Shown here piece after piece: positions 11,053 to 24,086 of a DNA stretch of 35,944 bases (positions are counted from its first letter, which is position 1; each line of letters begins with the position of its first letter). Source of the DNA: Octopus bimaculoides (lineage: Eukaryota). Where the stretch lies: positions 77,820,668-77,856,611 of the forward strand of contig NC_068986.1 of the NCBI RefSeq assembly GCF_001194135.2, written 5' to 3'. The translations under genes were made by a program, and so were the position numbers. Under the pieces are notes generated by a model, which was not told the DNA's origin, ran no database searches, and saw only the letters and a program-made list of their open reading frames with translations.

Positions 11053-11329
11053 CTTGTGAGTTGTTGACTGTGATAATATTGCTGGAAACTTAGGACAAAA
11101 TGCAGTTGCAAGGCAAGATATTTAGCTGCACAATTAGATCTACTCATTAACCTTTTCACTGCTGTAACATAATGTACCACAAATCAAGAGATTTTACTTT
11201 TAAATTCTGTCAAGTTAATATATATTTTAGCATAGGGACACTGGTGCATGGACAATAACAAATTAGAATTCTTTAAAAAAACGTTGGGTCAAACAGTATA
11301 CATTCTCTCTTATATTTTAACAATCTTAA

Positions 11330-11577
11330 CCCATTGATACTAATCCTTTATATTTCCATATGATGAAATCAGCCTCTGGTTCCTTCATACAGACCTTATA
11401 TGATCTTAATTTAAAAATCTTCCATCATATTTTTATATAATACTCTTTTGTTACATTCCAAATATTAGCTTCATAGTGAAAAAGTTATTTATTTTATTAA
11501 ATACATCCAAATTCATAATTATTTTCAAAATTAATTGAAAAACAGTGTGTTTCATTAGAAATATATCCATGAAAGGG
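11330..11577. mobile_element. TTAA-flanked MITE (piggyBac-like termini)
   Basis: Structure is TTAA (11326-11329) CCCATTGATA ... CCATGAAAGGG TTAA (11578-11581), with imperfect short terminal inverted repeats. Confidence 0.6.
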
Positions 11578-11795
11578 TTAAAGAGATATTACAAGACATA
11601 ACTAGTTTCATGTCTACGAAAATATTAACACGCATGTTAGTTCTAGCTACTGAATGATTTATCAATTACATAATTTAAATTATGTAGTGATATAAGACTA
11701 TTCCTTCCTTCTTGCTTAATGTTCATAAATTAAGGTTGATTAAAGTCATATATTGAAAATGAAATATAAATCAACTGTCAGTTGACCCTTCATCA

Positions 11796-12010
11796 CTCTT
11801 TTACTCTTTTACTTGTTTCAATCATTTGACTGCGGCCATCCAGGAACATCGTCTTTAGTCGAACAAATCGACCCCAGGATTTATTCTTTGTAAGCCTAGC
11901 ACTTATTCAATCAGTCTATTTTGCTGAACTGCTAAGTTACAGGGACGTAAACACACCAACATCGGTTGTCAAGTAATGGCGGGAGGACAGACACAGATAG
12001 ACGAACACAT

Positions 12011-12062
<52 letters not shown>

Positions 12063-12224
12063 GATGGGCTTCTTTCAGTTTCCATCTACCAAATCCACTC
12101 ACAAGGCTTTGGTTGGCCTGAGGCTATAGTAGAAGACATTTGCCCAAGATGCCATGCAGTGGAATTGAACCTGGAACCATGTGATTGGGAAGCATGCTTC
12201 TTACCACACAGTCACTCCTGTGCC
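11796..12224 (-). mobile_element. SINE family A, full length, with internal (TA)n/(CA)n
   Basis: Complete reverse copy with tail ctcttttactcttttacttgtttca, 3' domain, microsatellite and tRNA-like head ending cttaccacacagtcactcctgtgcc. Confidence 0.9.
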
Positions 12225-12311
12225 ACTCACTGTCACTCATATTTCATAAACTCTGTAGTCTTATCTTTTGACTAAATGAAAGCTCTGAAGAAACAACAAT
12301 TATATGTTTGG

Positions 12312-12447
12312 TGGTGAGATGGCTGAGTCATTAGAGTGTCTGGTAGAACGACTCATAGAATTTGTTCTGACGCTCTGCGCCTTGAGTTCAAATCTTATCA
12401 ATGTCAACTGAGATTTTATCCTCTTAGGATCAATAAAAAATGAACCA
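12312..12447 (+). mobile_element. SINE family B, degraded partial
   Basis: Contains ggtgagatggctgagtcattag..ttgagttcaaat..tcaactgagattttatcctc..atcaataaaa. Confidence 0.55.
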
Positions 12448-12977
12448 ATTCAGTGTAGGAGATTGGCAAAACTATAAGGATATAACCTTGCAGTATTTGT
12501 TTCAACACTCTATGTATCTTGAGTTCAAACCCCATCATGGCCTATAGGGAGGGTTTATTTAATCCGTTACCTAGTTTAACTCCACAATGTGGCAACTTGG
12601 GTGACTTTAGCAGAGTCCACTCAGTTGCAAGAGACACCTAGTTTGTGGATATAACGCTATCTCCTTTCCACCAGTTTCATTGACCCTGTCATGGGGCAAG
12701 GGTACTGCCTTCTATCTTGATTAAAAAATGAAAAATAGAAAACTAAGCTTGAGAAGGTTAAGTTCCTTGAGCAAAATGAAATAGTTTTATTACCTCACAG
12801 AAAGAAGAAAACCTTTATATGTGAGCCTACTTCAATTTTTACCTACTGAAATTATATATATATATATATATATATATCATGTGATCATGTGACCGACCAG
12901 GCTGTCAGATGTCACACCTCACTGGTCACAATGTGCTTTTGCAGCATTGTTTTTGCTGAAATTATATATATATATAT

Positions 12978-13022
12978 CATCATCATCATTTAACATCTGC
13001 CTTCCATGCTGGCATGGGTGGA
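12978..13022 (-). mobile_element. Family C 3' tail fragment
   Basis: The sequence (CAT)n-ttaacatctgccttccatgctggcatggg is the reverse of the family C terminus. Confidence 0.7.
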
Positions 13023-13193
13023 ACTATTCTAGGAGTACATATATTAGTTTTTAAATTTGGTTTCATGTAGCTTAAAGTTTTGTAGGTTCGTCACTCAAAC
13101 CTAGCGGCTCAAGCCTAGGTGAGCAAATATATATATATATATATACAATGTGTGTGTATGCTTATATATATATATATACAATGTGTGTGTATG

Positions 13194-13255
<62 letters not shown>

Positions 13256-15456
13256 TAAGAAGGGTATTGGATTCAACCAAACCCAAAGATACAGGTAATA
13301 CCGAGTAAGTGCTGTATACCGGCTAGTTCTGCCCCATTCGTTGTATATAGATTAATTTTAATATTCTTAGAAAGACAAAACAAAGGCATTCATATATCTG
13401 TGTAACTTCTCTTTTGCATATATATCTGAGAAAAAAACTCAGTGAAGTCTTATTCATTAATATATGTGCCAAACCATTATGATTGCATTTTATGTTTGTA
13501 GGTTTAGGTACATTGCATAACATGCTTGGTATAGTGAGGCACTGCAATGCTTGCAGCAAAATTTGAATGCATCCTTATTCTTTTTAATCACTTAACTACA
13601 ACAGATAAATATCAGGTTAACTGAGTTGTAAGTCAACTCAAAAGAAAAAATCAATATCTCTTGAAATTAAGAGTAAAATATAGCTTGGCAGAAAACAAGG
13701 TGAAGTTATAAATATTCTAGTTAATTTTATACTTGAAAATGTGAACACAGGGAAAAAATTTTGAAGAATAATGAATTATCTAAAATAACTTTAAACAACA
13801 CATAATAATTGACTTATAAATGTTAATTGAAGTATTATCATGGAATAATTACTGTATATGAACGCTAACCAAGAAAAATACCAAGTCTTACAAGGCCAAA
13901 TCATGTCTAGGGTTGTCATGTTAACACCAACAGACTCACTCCCCACTGCATTGTACATGCATTTTACATTTAATTAATTTTGATTAATTTAAATTCTAAG
14001 ATTGTTTACCTTGCTTTTTCTTATTCAGAATTTATAATTAAGATAATGCTGGTTTCTAATATCATTAAGAGTGTAATAATTTTAATTAATCATTTTTTTT
14101 TTACTACATCAAGTATATTACTGCCCATTTTATTATTTGTTTTATGCAGCAGAAATTTCTGGGAATACTTCTTTAGTCATTTTAGAAATATTATTCTGTT
14201 AGTCCTTGTCATCTTTTTTGAAAAGTGGCAATGTTCTATCATGAAAAACACTATAGTATCCATTTACAAGATATTTCCCTAGAATTTTGTATACAAAGAA
14301 ATGAAGTTGCAGAACAATCCTATCTATGTTATCAGAGAAAAAAAATTGCTTTTAGAATGACAAAAATAGCTATATTATTTGTCTTAGAATGATAGAAGAT
14401 TATATATTTCATAATTCATATTCTAAAGATAAAATAAATGTTGAAACATTAAAGATATTTGAACTGTTTCCCCTACTGAAATTCTCATTAGAGAATTGAT
14501 AATGGTTAAAATATGAAGAAACAATGGGAATTCAGGTAGCAGTGGTGGTGGTAGTGGTGGTGGTGGTGGTGGTGGTGCAGGGGATGTTTGGGAAAATAAA
14601 CATTTGGTACAGCATTGGAAAAGTTAATGTGGTTCAAGAACAATGCAATGGTGCATGCTACTACTGAAGTAGATGCAAATAAATAGTACTTCCTGGCGGC
14701 CTGTATTGGAAAGCTAAAACAATTTGCATTACTAAGATTCTAAGACATGCATTACAAGAAATGGGTGGAGGGTGAAAAAAAAATTAATGCAAAATTGAAA
14801 GGAAAAAAAAGTTAATTAAATTTCTGAAAAATAAATGTTTTCCTATTTCATTTTATTATTATTAATTTTTTTTTATTTTTGAAGGAAAGTTAGTTGATAA
14901 ATGCAACAAAAGAAATTAAGAAATTAAACTTTGCCAAAAGCGCTGCCAAGATCAGAAGACATTGCCACACTTCAGAGCATTTCAGAGTAATGTAGATATA
15001 ATTTTTTTTAAAAGGATGATGGTTTGTTTTTGGCCCCCAAACTGAGAGTTTATCATAGGAGAAAATAGAACATAGATGTATTTTTTGTCCCCCATATAAA
15101 ATTTAATTGAGTCAACTATTCAACTTTCCATGCTCATAGATACAAATAAATGAATTGTCATTCCTGTTGATTTCAGAAGATTGGTGATCAGATTTATGAC
15201 ATTTATCCCTATCCGAAAGGCATTTGTGGAACAAATTAAAAATAGAAAGGGAAACTACTTCTAAGAACCAAACCTATTTTGTAGGTTCAGTTTTTCAGAA
15301 ACTTACCACTTGTACTTCAACCTTTGTTACAGAGAGAAAGAAAAAATTATTGGTTGATGATTCATTTACACTGCTTTTGTATCTGGCTTGCAAGATTCTT
15401 TATGAGAATTTGTGTGTTGAAACAAATTTTGTTGTGTCTGGAGAGTCCTATTGCCA

Positions 15457-15460
<4 letters not shown>

Positions 15461-15503
<43 letters not shown>

Positions 15504-15576
15504 CACATATACACACACACATGCACACATACATATGCACATACAGACACACACACAAATACACACAGACACACAC

Positions 15577-15660
<84 letters not shown>

Positions 15661-15675
15661 AGAGAGAGAGAGGGA
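15461..15675. repeat. Compound (TA)n-(CA)n-(GA)n microsatellite
   Basis: Directly visible. Confidence 0.95.
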
Positions 15676-16348
15676 GGTAGATTTAGGGCTGTGACATAGA
15701 TCAAGAAACAGTCATATATTTTATTTAGTTTAATCAACTAAGGAAGTAGATATCAATTGATATTCACAATTTATGAGAGATTGTTTGGGGATTGAAGAAA
15801 AAAATAAACATGCACTTTGGTTTGCGAAGTCAATTCATGACAGCATGTGTGTACGTGTGTGTGTGTGTGAGTGCACATATGTGTGTATGTATCAGTATGA
15901 TTGTCAGGATATATGGATATAAATAAATATTTATCGCCTTTAACTGTTAAAATTATGTATTAAAGTATTAAATAAATCTTATGAAAAGTAAACAAGTAGA
16001 ATATGTTCAAGCTAAATTAAACTCAACGATTTTAGTTGTTTTGGCGCCCTTACATTTTTCTAAACCAAGTTTCATGTGCTGTCCTCACTTCTTATCCCAT
16101 CAATTATACATTTTTACTTTCCACAAGTTTGAGAAGAGTAAAGAAGTTTTCTATACACTAAATTTTTCCAAACATTCTATGTTTACTAAGCAAAAAATAG
16201 CTAAACACAATTAAACTGAATTTCTTTAAGCACAATGGCCGTTGTGTTTTGGTACAGAATTTAATCTATCACATGCTCAAAACAGAAAATATACCGTCTT
16301 AAAAATGAACATAATGGAAATAAAAATCAGTCCTGTTTATATTATACT

Positions 16349-16382
<34 letters not shown>

Positions 16383-17413
16383 AGGTGGAATGGTTCTGGT
16401 TGAAATCATGTTTGAATGAGAAGAAAATAAAATAGATCAACTCTGAACATGAAGCTCAGCTAAACACAATCTCAATTGAGGAATATTTATATATGTGGTG
16501 TGTTGGATCTGTGAATCAGGTTTTACTTGGACAACACAACAGAAACAATTACAGAACAGCTGCTGCCATCAATATTATAAATGAAATACAATCTGCAATA
16601 TATGACTTACAAAACACTTCTCTTCTTACTATCATAAAGAATCCACCTCCAGTTTTCACTAGTTGGCTTCAAAGGTCAGATCCACTCTAATCGACATTAT
16701 CTATACTCTTTAAAAATTTCATGCAACTGATCTTATAGGAATTATCTCCCCTGTCTGTTGCTTCTATATACCAAGCACTTTTAGAAGAAATTTTTGTTTA
16801 CAAATTGCTTTGATAACCTCAATTTACTGAAGTTTTTCTGACTGTCTATATTACTTCATATGTGAGACCCTATTATATTTGTAATTAATATGCAGAACAC
16901 TCCCCTGAGGTATTTTTCTTCAACCGTATTTATGAGGCAGAAACTTCAATACTAAAACAATAAATATACAAGTGAAAAGTGAACAGAGCAGTCAAATACA
17001 TATTCCCTCCAAGCATTATGAATGAAAACTAAAAGAGTAATTAGTCTATGAATTAATTTTTTTCTTGAAGAACATTACTGTTCTATCTATGTTACCTTAC
17101 TACTTCAGAGCTGCTCATAGTTTCTATGTAATTATAGCAATCTCTTCTTATGAAGAAAATGTAATTATAGAGGCCAATTACTAATGAGTAAAATGTAATT
17201 ATTATGGTTACCAATAAAGCTGCTTGCTTTCCCCAAAGTCAAGAAAAAATTGTTACACAAGTAATTCTGATGGTTAAAAAAGGAAAAATACAAATATTAA
17301 GAAGTATGGAGAAAGATATCTTAGAATGGTTATTTCTGAAAATATCTGTAAAGCATGATATATATGGATATAGATATGTATCTATGTATAAATACATGCA
17401 CACACACACACAC

Positions 17414-17460
<47 letters not shown>

Positions 17461-18119
17461 TATGTATATATATGAAATTATATATACATGTATACTTGCA
17501 TATCATAATAGCCACATAATTCATAATTCTATGAATCCATATATTACATTACANNNNNNNNNNNNNNNNNNNNNNNNNNNNNNNNNNNNNNNNNNNNNNN
17601 NNNNNNNNNNNNNNNNNNNNNNNNNNNNNNNNNNNNNNNNNNNNNNNNNNTATATATGTATATATATATATATAGCTATAAATATATCATCACCATCACT
17701 ATCGTTTTTACATCCACTTTTCCTTTCTTGCATGGGTCAGACAACATTTTGTTGATTTTCTTCCTATCACAGACGTTCCTCTGTTTCCAAGCAAAGAAAT
17801 ATTTCTCCTAGACTTTTGAACATGAACACCACAAATTGCTGAATATTTTTTCATTGAAAGTTACAAACAAATGATACTGCTTATATGACTGAAATTTGTT
17901 TACAACTGGTGCACAATATCAAGACAAGAACACCTAGACATATGCAAATGCGTATGTGTGTATATATATACATGTATATATATATAAAATACAAAAATGG
18001 GACAAGAATGCAAAACATCTTGACAGTTAGGTGATACAAAAAAGGGACAACAAAACATCCAGACAGACGATACAAAGAAAACAAGGATGGGTCATTCGGA
18101 GTTTTCTATTCTATCGAGT

Positions 18120-18560
18120 TCCAGATTATCTTTGCAATTTTGGCTGGTTATTCTCTAGATTGCTCCAATCTGGCCAGCACCAAGGAAAAACTAAGCGAAG
18201 AGCATTAGATTCCTTGAACTGGATTTACCTTGGATTTTAACTAAAGACCTGTACCTTTATGGAAGTACCAACCAACATCCATATCCTCTGGGAAAAGATG
18301 AGTTGTGAACATTATTCTCCTGCCTGTATTCTTCTAACTACATTTACTCTTTATTCCTTTATTTTACTCCTTTATTCTTCTAATTTATTCCTTATAAACT
18401 GTAAATTTCCCCCCGTCTAAAACATTCATACCTTGTCTCTGATGATGGAATACCCAGTGCATGGACACATGCTAAGTTGCCACTTGGATTATCCCAGAAA
18501 CAGCTGTAAGACTTCAAACTGAATTATTCTAAATGACTTGTGAAACTTGTTCTGCCTTGG
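18120..18560 (+). mobile_element. Probable Penelope-like element 3' remnant
   Basis: Decayed reading frames (KRRALDSL.., TGFTLDFN*RPV) resemble the end of a GIY-YIG ORF and are followed by a hammerhead motif of the type associated with PLEs. The family assignment is inference. Confidence 0.5.
18435..18512 (+). ncRNA. Type I hammerhead ribozyme motif with minimal palindromic stem III
   Basis: The motif reads GTCT (18435-38), CTGATGA (18439-45), stem II TGGAATA..TATCCCA (18446-52/18490-96), GAAA (18497-500), C-AGCT-G, TA (predicted cleavage after 18508) and AGAC (18509-12, pairing with GTCT). Confidence 0.75.
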
Positions 18561-19430
18561 TTTTGATTTTTCCTCTAATATAATATAATATAATATAATA
18601 TAATATAACACACACACACATATATGCATGTATGTATGTATGTATGTATGTGTATATATATATGTGTGTATATTATATGTACATATATATTTATATGTAA
18701 GTGTATATGTCACTTTCTTATTGCTTCATATTTCTCCTTTTCCCTCTCCCTCTTCACATTATCTTCTTTAAGTAATTAACATCCCATTCTGACATTTCTA
18801 CTATGGCACCTTTCTTCAACTTTATTACGATATAATGAAAATATTTATAATCTAAGAACTATCTGAAACCACCCCATAAATCCATTTATACAGATAAGGA
18901 ACTGACTTTCTAAAAATGAAACCAGATTCTGCCTCGGTTAAGTTATTTGTAGAAGACTACTTGACCAATTTCTATTTTGACTCCCCTTGTCACCGTTGAA
19001 AGGTACAAATTTTTTTCCAGTTTCTCTTGGTAAATTCATTATGGCAAAGAAGCTTTAACTGACAGGTGGAAAGTAGCTGATGAGGAAGAACTCTGAGTAA
19101 TTAAGTAGCACCTTAAAGTTACAGAATATGCGTTCAGTGCTCCCTTTGAAACAAGTGTAGTACATTACTGCCCATTCCATTCCTTTCATTCATGGACTTA
19201 ATTGCATAATTAACAACTTTTGTTGCTATATACTGGAGTTGTATAGAAGTAGTCATCTCATTGGAATATATAGCTAATTTTCAGATGGGACCAAGTGCAT
19301 TGGCTACAGTGGTTAATAAACTTTATTGGTTGCTTATTATCTCCTCTTGTGTTATCTATATGTGCCCTGTCTATTCCAGAGGCTAACCAACTGTTTTTAC
19401 CACAAACATTTGGCTCTCACTATTATTTTA

Positions 19431-19482
<52 letters not shown>

Positions 19483-19554
19483 ATTATGTCGTGTTTCAGA
19501 AGAAGATCCATCAGGCTGAGCAAAATTGCAGTTGTGGTAGATACTGGTATCACA

Positions 19555-19697
19555 TACCGGTGGCACATAAACGTGCCTCAGTGTCATGCAAATGGCACCT
19601 GTGCTGGTGACATGTAAAAGCACCCATCACACTCTCAGAGTGGTGGGCATTAGGAAGGGCATCTAGCCATAGATGATGATGATGGTGATGATGATGG

Positions 19698-19738
<41 letters not shown>
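19555..19738 (+). mobile_element. Retroposon family C copy, internally shortened, with (GAT)n tail
   Basis: The segment catgtaaaagcacccatcacactctcagagtggtgggcattaggaagggcatctagc is followed by a long (GAT)n run. Confidence 0.8.
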
Positions 19739-19742
<4 letters not shown>

Positions 19743-20429
19743 GGATTTTCCCATCTCTGTCAATCGAATTAACTCATAAACCTACCAAATCTTAAGTCAA
19801 CTTTTGGCTATAGTAGACGACACTAGCACAAGATGCAATGCAAAGGAATTTAAGACAAAACCATGAGGTTATGAAGTAAATGTCTTATCAACACAACATA
19901 TATATGTGTGCATATGTATGTTGACATACACATGCACACATGTAGTTTACCACATACAGTTTTATTATGTACAAACACACACATGTCCACACATGATTTT
20001 AAGATTGACCCTGGCTCCATCCCCACTTTCTGTGGCTTTCCACACAAACATCAATACCATCCTACACTCACCTCAGCCCCAACCCCACTCTACAGTTATT
20101 TACCTCATACCCTCTGATGAAACTTTCTGATCTCTATCCAAGGGGAATGAGTCTAATGAACAAATGTTTCCTCACTAGGTTTTTGTAGTCCAGATTTTTA
20201 TGAATCTGTAAACTGGCTGTGACACTGTCTTACCTCTGATAGCAAGAAGCTGTGTCTACTTTTCCATCCCTTCTGCTGAGTGCTGAGATTGGTTTACCCA
20301 AAATCTCATGTACAAAACCACATGATAAAAATCACCTGAAATGGGTCTATATTACTGTCTCTTCTTTCTCTTTCACTCTGTCTGTCTGCCTGTCTGTCTC
20401 TCTCTGTCTCTCTCTGTATCTCTCTCTGG

Positions 20430-20918
20430 CTGGTAACCACGTACCTCCTCTACAGCAAGAGACCTGTTTCTGTCTCTCAGTCTAATCTTTCATCTCCGTC
20501 TAACCTTTCACACTCTAACCTTTCATCATCTGACACAAGATCACCTTCTGCAATGCCCCCTCCCATCTCAAAGGGTCTTTGTCTTGCAAGTTACTTGGTG
20601 ACCCTGCAAGTGCTGGTTCTGCATAAAAAGCATCCAGTCCACACTGTAAAGTGGTTGGCATTTGGAAGGGCATTCAGCTGTAAAAACCATGTCAAAACTG
20701 ACCTTGCTTGTGCTGGTGCCATGTAAAAAGCACTCAGTGCATACTTCGGGGGTGTTTGGTGATAGGAAGGGTATCCAGTTGTAAAAACTGTGCCAAATGT
20801 ACACAGAAGTCTGGTGCAGTCTTCTACCTGGCTAGCTCCAGACAAACTGTCCAACCAATGCCAGTATGGGAGGTGGATGATAAACGATGATGATGATCAT
20901 GATGATGATGATGATGAT
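20430..20918 (+). mobile_element. Retroposon family C, long copy with (GAT)n tail
   Basis: Shares the 5' extension with the 7560 copy (tggtaaccacgt.., gtcttgcaagttacttggtga), has tandem subunits and ends gtggatgataaacgatgatgat. Confidence 0.8.
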
Positions 20919-20923
20919 ATATA

Positions 20924-21786
20924 CAAGGTGTGATGGGTAAATTGTTGCCATTTTATATTTTTAATTTAGTGCATGCACATAGTTTGTTTTTGATTTTGTC
21001 AAATGCACAGTATAGTAGGGTCAGTGGGGCACCATCTGTGAGAAAAACAACAATATGGCATAATTCACTCTAACAGAAATTTGGAAACAAAATGCTGTAC
21101 TACTTGGTATTCATGCCGGAAGCTCTAATATGAACGTTTCAGAGTGTTTAGGTGTCAATCTGAGGACAGTGTAATCTGAGGACGTGTACTGAGTGATAAA
21201 AATCAAACATCTAGTCAACATCATGGTGTTTGGAGTGATCACTCGTGATGACGATGTTATGCCTCCATTCATCTTCTGTCATAGCTTCAGACTCAATATG
21301 GAGGCCTACATCAAGTGCCTGAAGGAGATAGTGCTATTCTAGGTCAAGAGGGTGGCTGCTGGGAGACCCTATGTCTAGCAACAGGACTGCACCATGCCAC
21401 AGAAGCAGGAGAACCCAGTGATGGCCGTCAGACAATTTCTGCGACCACATCCTCCTAACATCTGGCCACCTAACTCCTCAGACGGCAACCCCTTTGGTTA
21501 TTATGTGTGGGGCGTAGTTGAATGAGAGACCAACAAAACTGAAGGCAAGGATTATGGCAGCATTCACCAATTTAAATATGGAGACCATCCAAAAGAATTG
21601 CAGGAGATTCTGAAGTTGTCTGGAGGCCATGGTTGAAGCCAATGGCAAATTTACTGAATAAATTTACTCTTTAGTATTTCGAGATATTTTTATGTAATTT
21701 TGGTATATATATATTTGTTAAAATGAAATATCATTGTTATTCTCATTTTTGCATGATTTAGACAACGTTTTATTCACCACACCCTG
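20924..21786 (+). mobile_element. Tc1/mariner-superfamily DNA transposon (maT/DD37D-like), internally deleted and decayed
   Basis: Termini are TA|CAAGGTGTGATGGGTAAA ... TTATTCACCACACCCTG|TA (imperfect TIRs and TA target duplication). The transposase remnant reads IMVFGVITRDDDVMPPFIF..LNMEAYIKCL..KRVAAGRPYV*QQD and IWPPNSSDGNPFGYYVWG. Confidence 0.85.
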
Positions 21787-22640
21787 TATATATATATATA
21801 TNNNNNNNNNNNNNNNNNNNNNNNNNNNNNNNNNNNNNNNNNNNNNNNNNNNNNNNNNNNNNNNNNNNNNNNNNNNNNNNNNNNNNNNNNNNNNNNNNNN
21901 NNNNNNNNNNNNNNNNNNNNNNNNNNNNNNNNNNNNNNNNNNNNNNNNNNNNNNNNNNNNNNNNNNNNNNNNNNNNNNNNNNNNNNNNNNNNNNNNNNNN
22001 NNNNNNNNNNNNNNNNNNNNNNNNNNNNNNNNNNNNNNNNNNNNNNNNNNNNNNNNNNNNNNNNNNNNNNNNNNNNNNNNNNNNNNNNNNNNNNNNNNNN
22101 NNNNNNNNNNNNNNNNNNNNNNNNNNNNNNNNNNNNNNNNNNNNNNNNNNNNNNNNNNNNNNNNNNNNNNNNNNNNNNNNNNNNNNNNNNNNNNNNNNNN
22201 NNNNNNNNNNNNNNNNNNNNNNNNNNNNNNNNNNNNNNNNNNNNNNNNNNNNNNNNNNNNNNNNNNNNNNNNNNNNNNNNNNNNNNNNNNNNNNNNNNNN
22301 NNNNNNNNNNNNNNNNNNNNNNNNNNNNNNNNNNNNNNNNNNNNNNNNNNNNNNNNNNNNNNNNNNNNNNNNNNNNNNNNNNNNNNNNNNNNNNNNNNNN
22401 NNNNNNNNNNNNNNNNNNNNNNNNNNNNNNNNNNNNNNNNNNNNNNNNNNNNNNNNNNNNNNNNNNNNNNNNNNNNNNNNNNNNNNNNNNNNNNNNNNNN
22501 NNNNNNNNNNNNNNNNNNNNNNNNNNNNNNNNNNNNNNNNNNNNNNNNNNNNNNNNNNNNNNNNNNNNNNNNNNNNNNNNNNNNNNNNNNNNNNNNNNNN
22601 NNNNNNNNNNNNNNNNNNNNNNNNNNNNNNNNNNNNNNNN

Positions 22641-22918
22641 GATGTGGATATCTTGGCAGAGCAAAATCCCATCATAACTGTTGAGGAACTAGCAGATAAG
22701 TTTGGATTTGGTTATTCAAGTCAGTACTAGACGAAAAACAACAATCTTTGGTTTCAAGATGAAAGGTATTCTTCCATCAGGATAATGCTTCACTACATAC
22801 AGTGATGATGAAATTCCAAAGGCTGGAGCAGTTTGAATGGGAAACGATGATGCCCTACCCACCATATGCACTGGACATTGCCCCATCTGATTATCATTTA
22901 TTCCACAGTCTTCAAAAT
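22641..22918 (+). mobile_element. Mariner transposase fragment (catalytic region), probably a misplaced contig
   Basis: From 22775 the frame reads HQDNASLHTVMMKFQRLEQFEWETMMPYPPYALDIAPSDYHLFHSLQN, matching the mariner HDNARPH and YSPDLAPSD motifs. Bases 22641-22851 are identical to 23369-23579. Confidence 0.85.
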
Positions 22919-22928
22919 NNNNNNNNNN

Positions 22929-22972
<44 letters not shown>

Positions 22973-22989
22973 CATAATGTGTGTATATA

Positions 22990-23579
22990 TTGGGTCATCC
23001 CATAAATAATGCAGCTTTTTGCAATGCATGAACTAAAAGTTGGGGATGATGGGATAAACTACCTGCATCAACTTGTTATAAAGGTAGGTAGTAATTTTAC
23101 CTTGTCCTTATTCTTAGTGTAAGCTTTGAAGAGTGCTATTCAATTTTAACTGTTATTTTTTCAAAGCTATAATAAAACTGACAAAGGAGCAGATCCAGTA
23201 TATGAGTTCAATAAAGGCAACAGTGCAACAGAAAGTGCAAGGAACATTAATGCAGTATATGGGGATCAGACAATAAGCGTAAGCCAGAGTCAACAGTTGT
23301 TCCAGAAATTCTGAGCTGGAAACTACAGCCTAGAAGACAAGCCTCATCCTGGAAGAGCTGTAGAGCTTGATGTGGATATCTTGGCAGAGCAAAATCCCAT
23401 CATAACTGTTGAGGAACTAGCAGATAAGTTTGGATTTGGTTATTCAAGTCAGTACTAGACGAAAAACAACAATCTTTGGTTTCAAGATGAAAGGTATTCT
23501 TCCATCAGGATAATGCTTCACTACATACAGTGATGATGAAATTCCAAAGGCTGGAGCAGTTTGAATGGGAAACGATGAT
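22990..23579 (+). mobile_element. Mariner element, 5' part, internally deleted and truncated by a gap
   Basis: Begins TA|TTGGGTCATCCCATAAATAATGC (TIR-like). The HTH region reads YEFNKGNSATESARNINAVYGDQTISV..FQKF*AGNYSLEDKPHPGRAVELD..EQNPIITVEELADKFGFGYS and then jumps to HQDNA. Confidence 0.85.
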
Positions 23580-24055
23580 NNNNNNNNNNNNNNNNNNNNN
23601 NNNNNNNNNNNNNNNNNNNNNNNNNNNNNNNNNNNNNNNNNNNNNNNNNNNNNNNNNNNNNNNNNNNNNNNNNNNNNNNNNNNNNNNNNNNNNNNNNNNN
23701 NNNNNNNNNNNNNNNNNNNNNNNNNNNNNNNNNNNNNNNNNNNNNNNNNNNNNNNNNNNNNNNNNNNNNNNNNNNNNNNNNNNNNNNNNNNNNNNNNNNN
23801 NNNNNNNNNNNNNNNNNNNNNNNNNNNNNNNNNNNNNNNNNNNNNNNNNNNNNNNNNNNNNNNNNNNNNNNNNNNNNNNNNNNNNNNNNNNNNNNNNNNN
23901 NNNNNNNNNNNNNNNNNNNNNNNNNNNNNNNNNNNNNNNNNNNNNNNNNNNNNNNNNNNNNNNNNNNNNNNNNNNNNNNNNNNNNNNNNNNNNNNNNNNN
24001 NNNNNNNNNNNNNNNNNNNNNNNNNNNNNNNNNNNNNNNNNNNNNNNNNNNNNNN

Positions 24056-24085
<30 letters not shown>

Positions 24086-24086
<1 letters not shown>

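Noticed and set aside
13060-13326. Short hairpin-like GC-richer segments around a (TA)n tract, considered as possible Helitron ends
   Set aside because: There is no convincing terminal hairpin with a CTRR end and an A/T insertion site.
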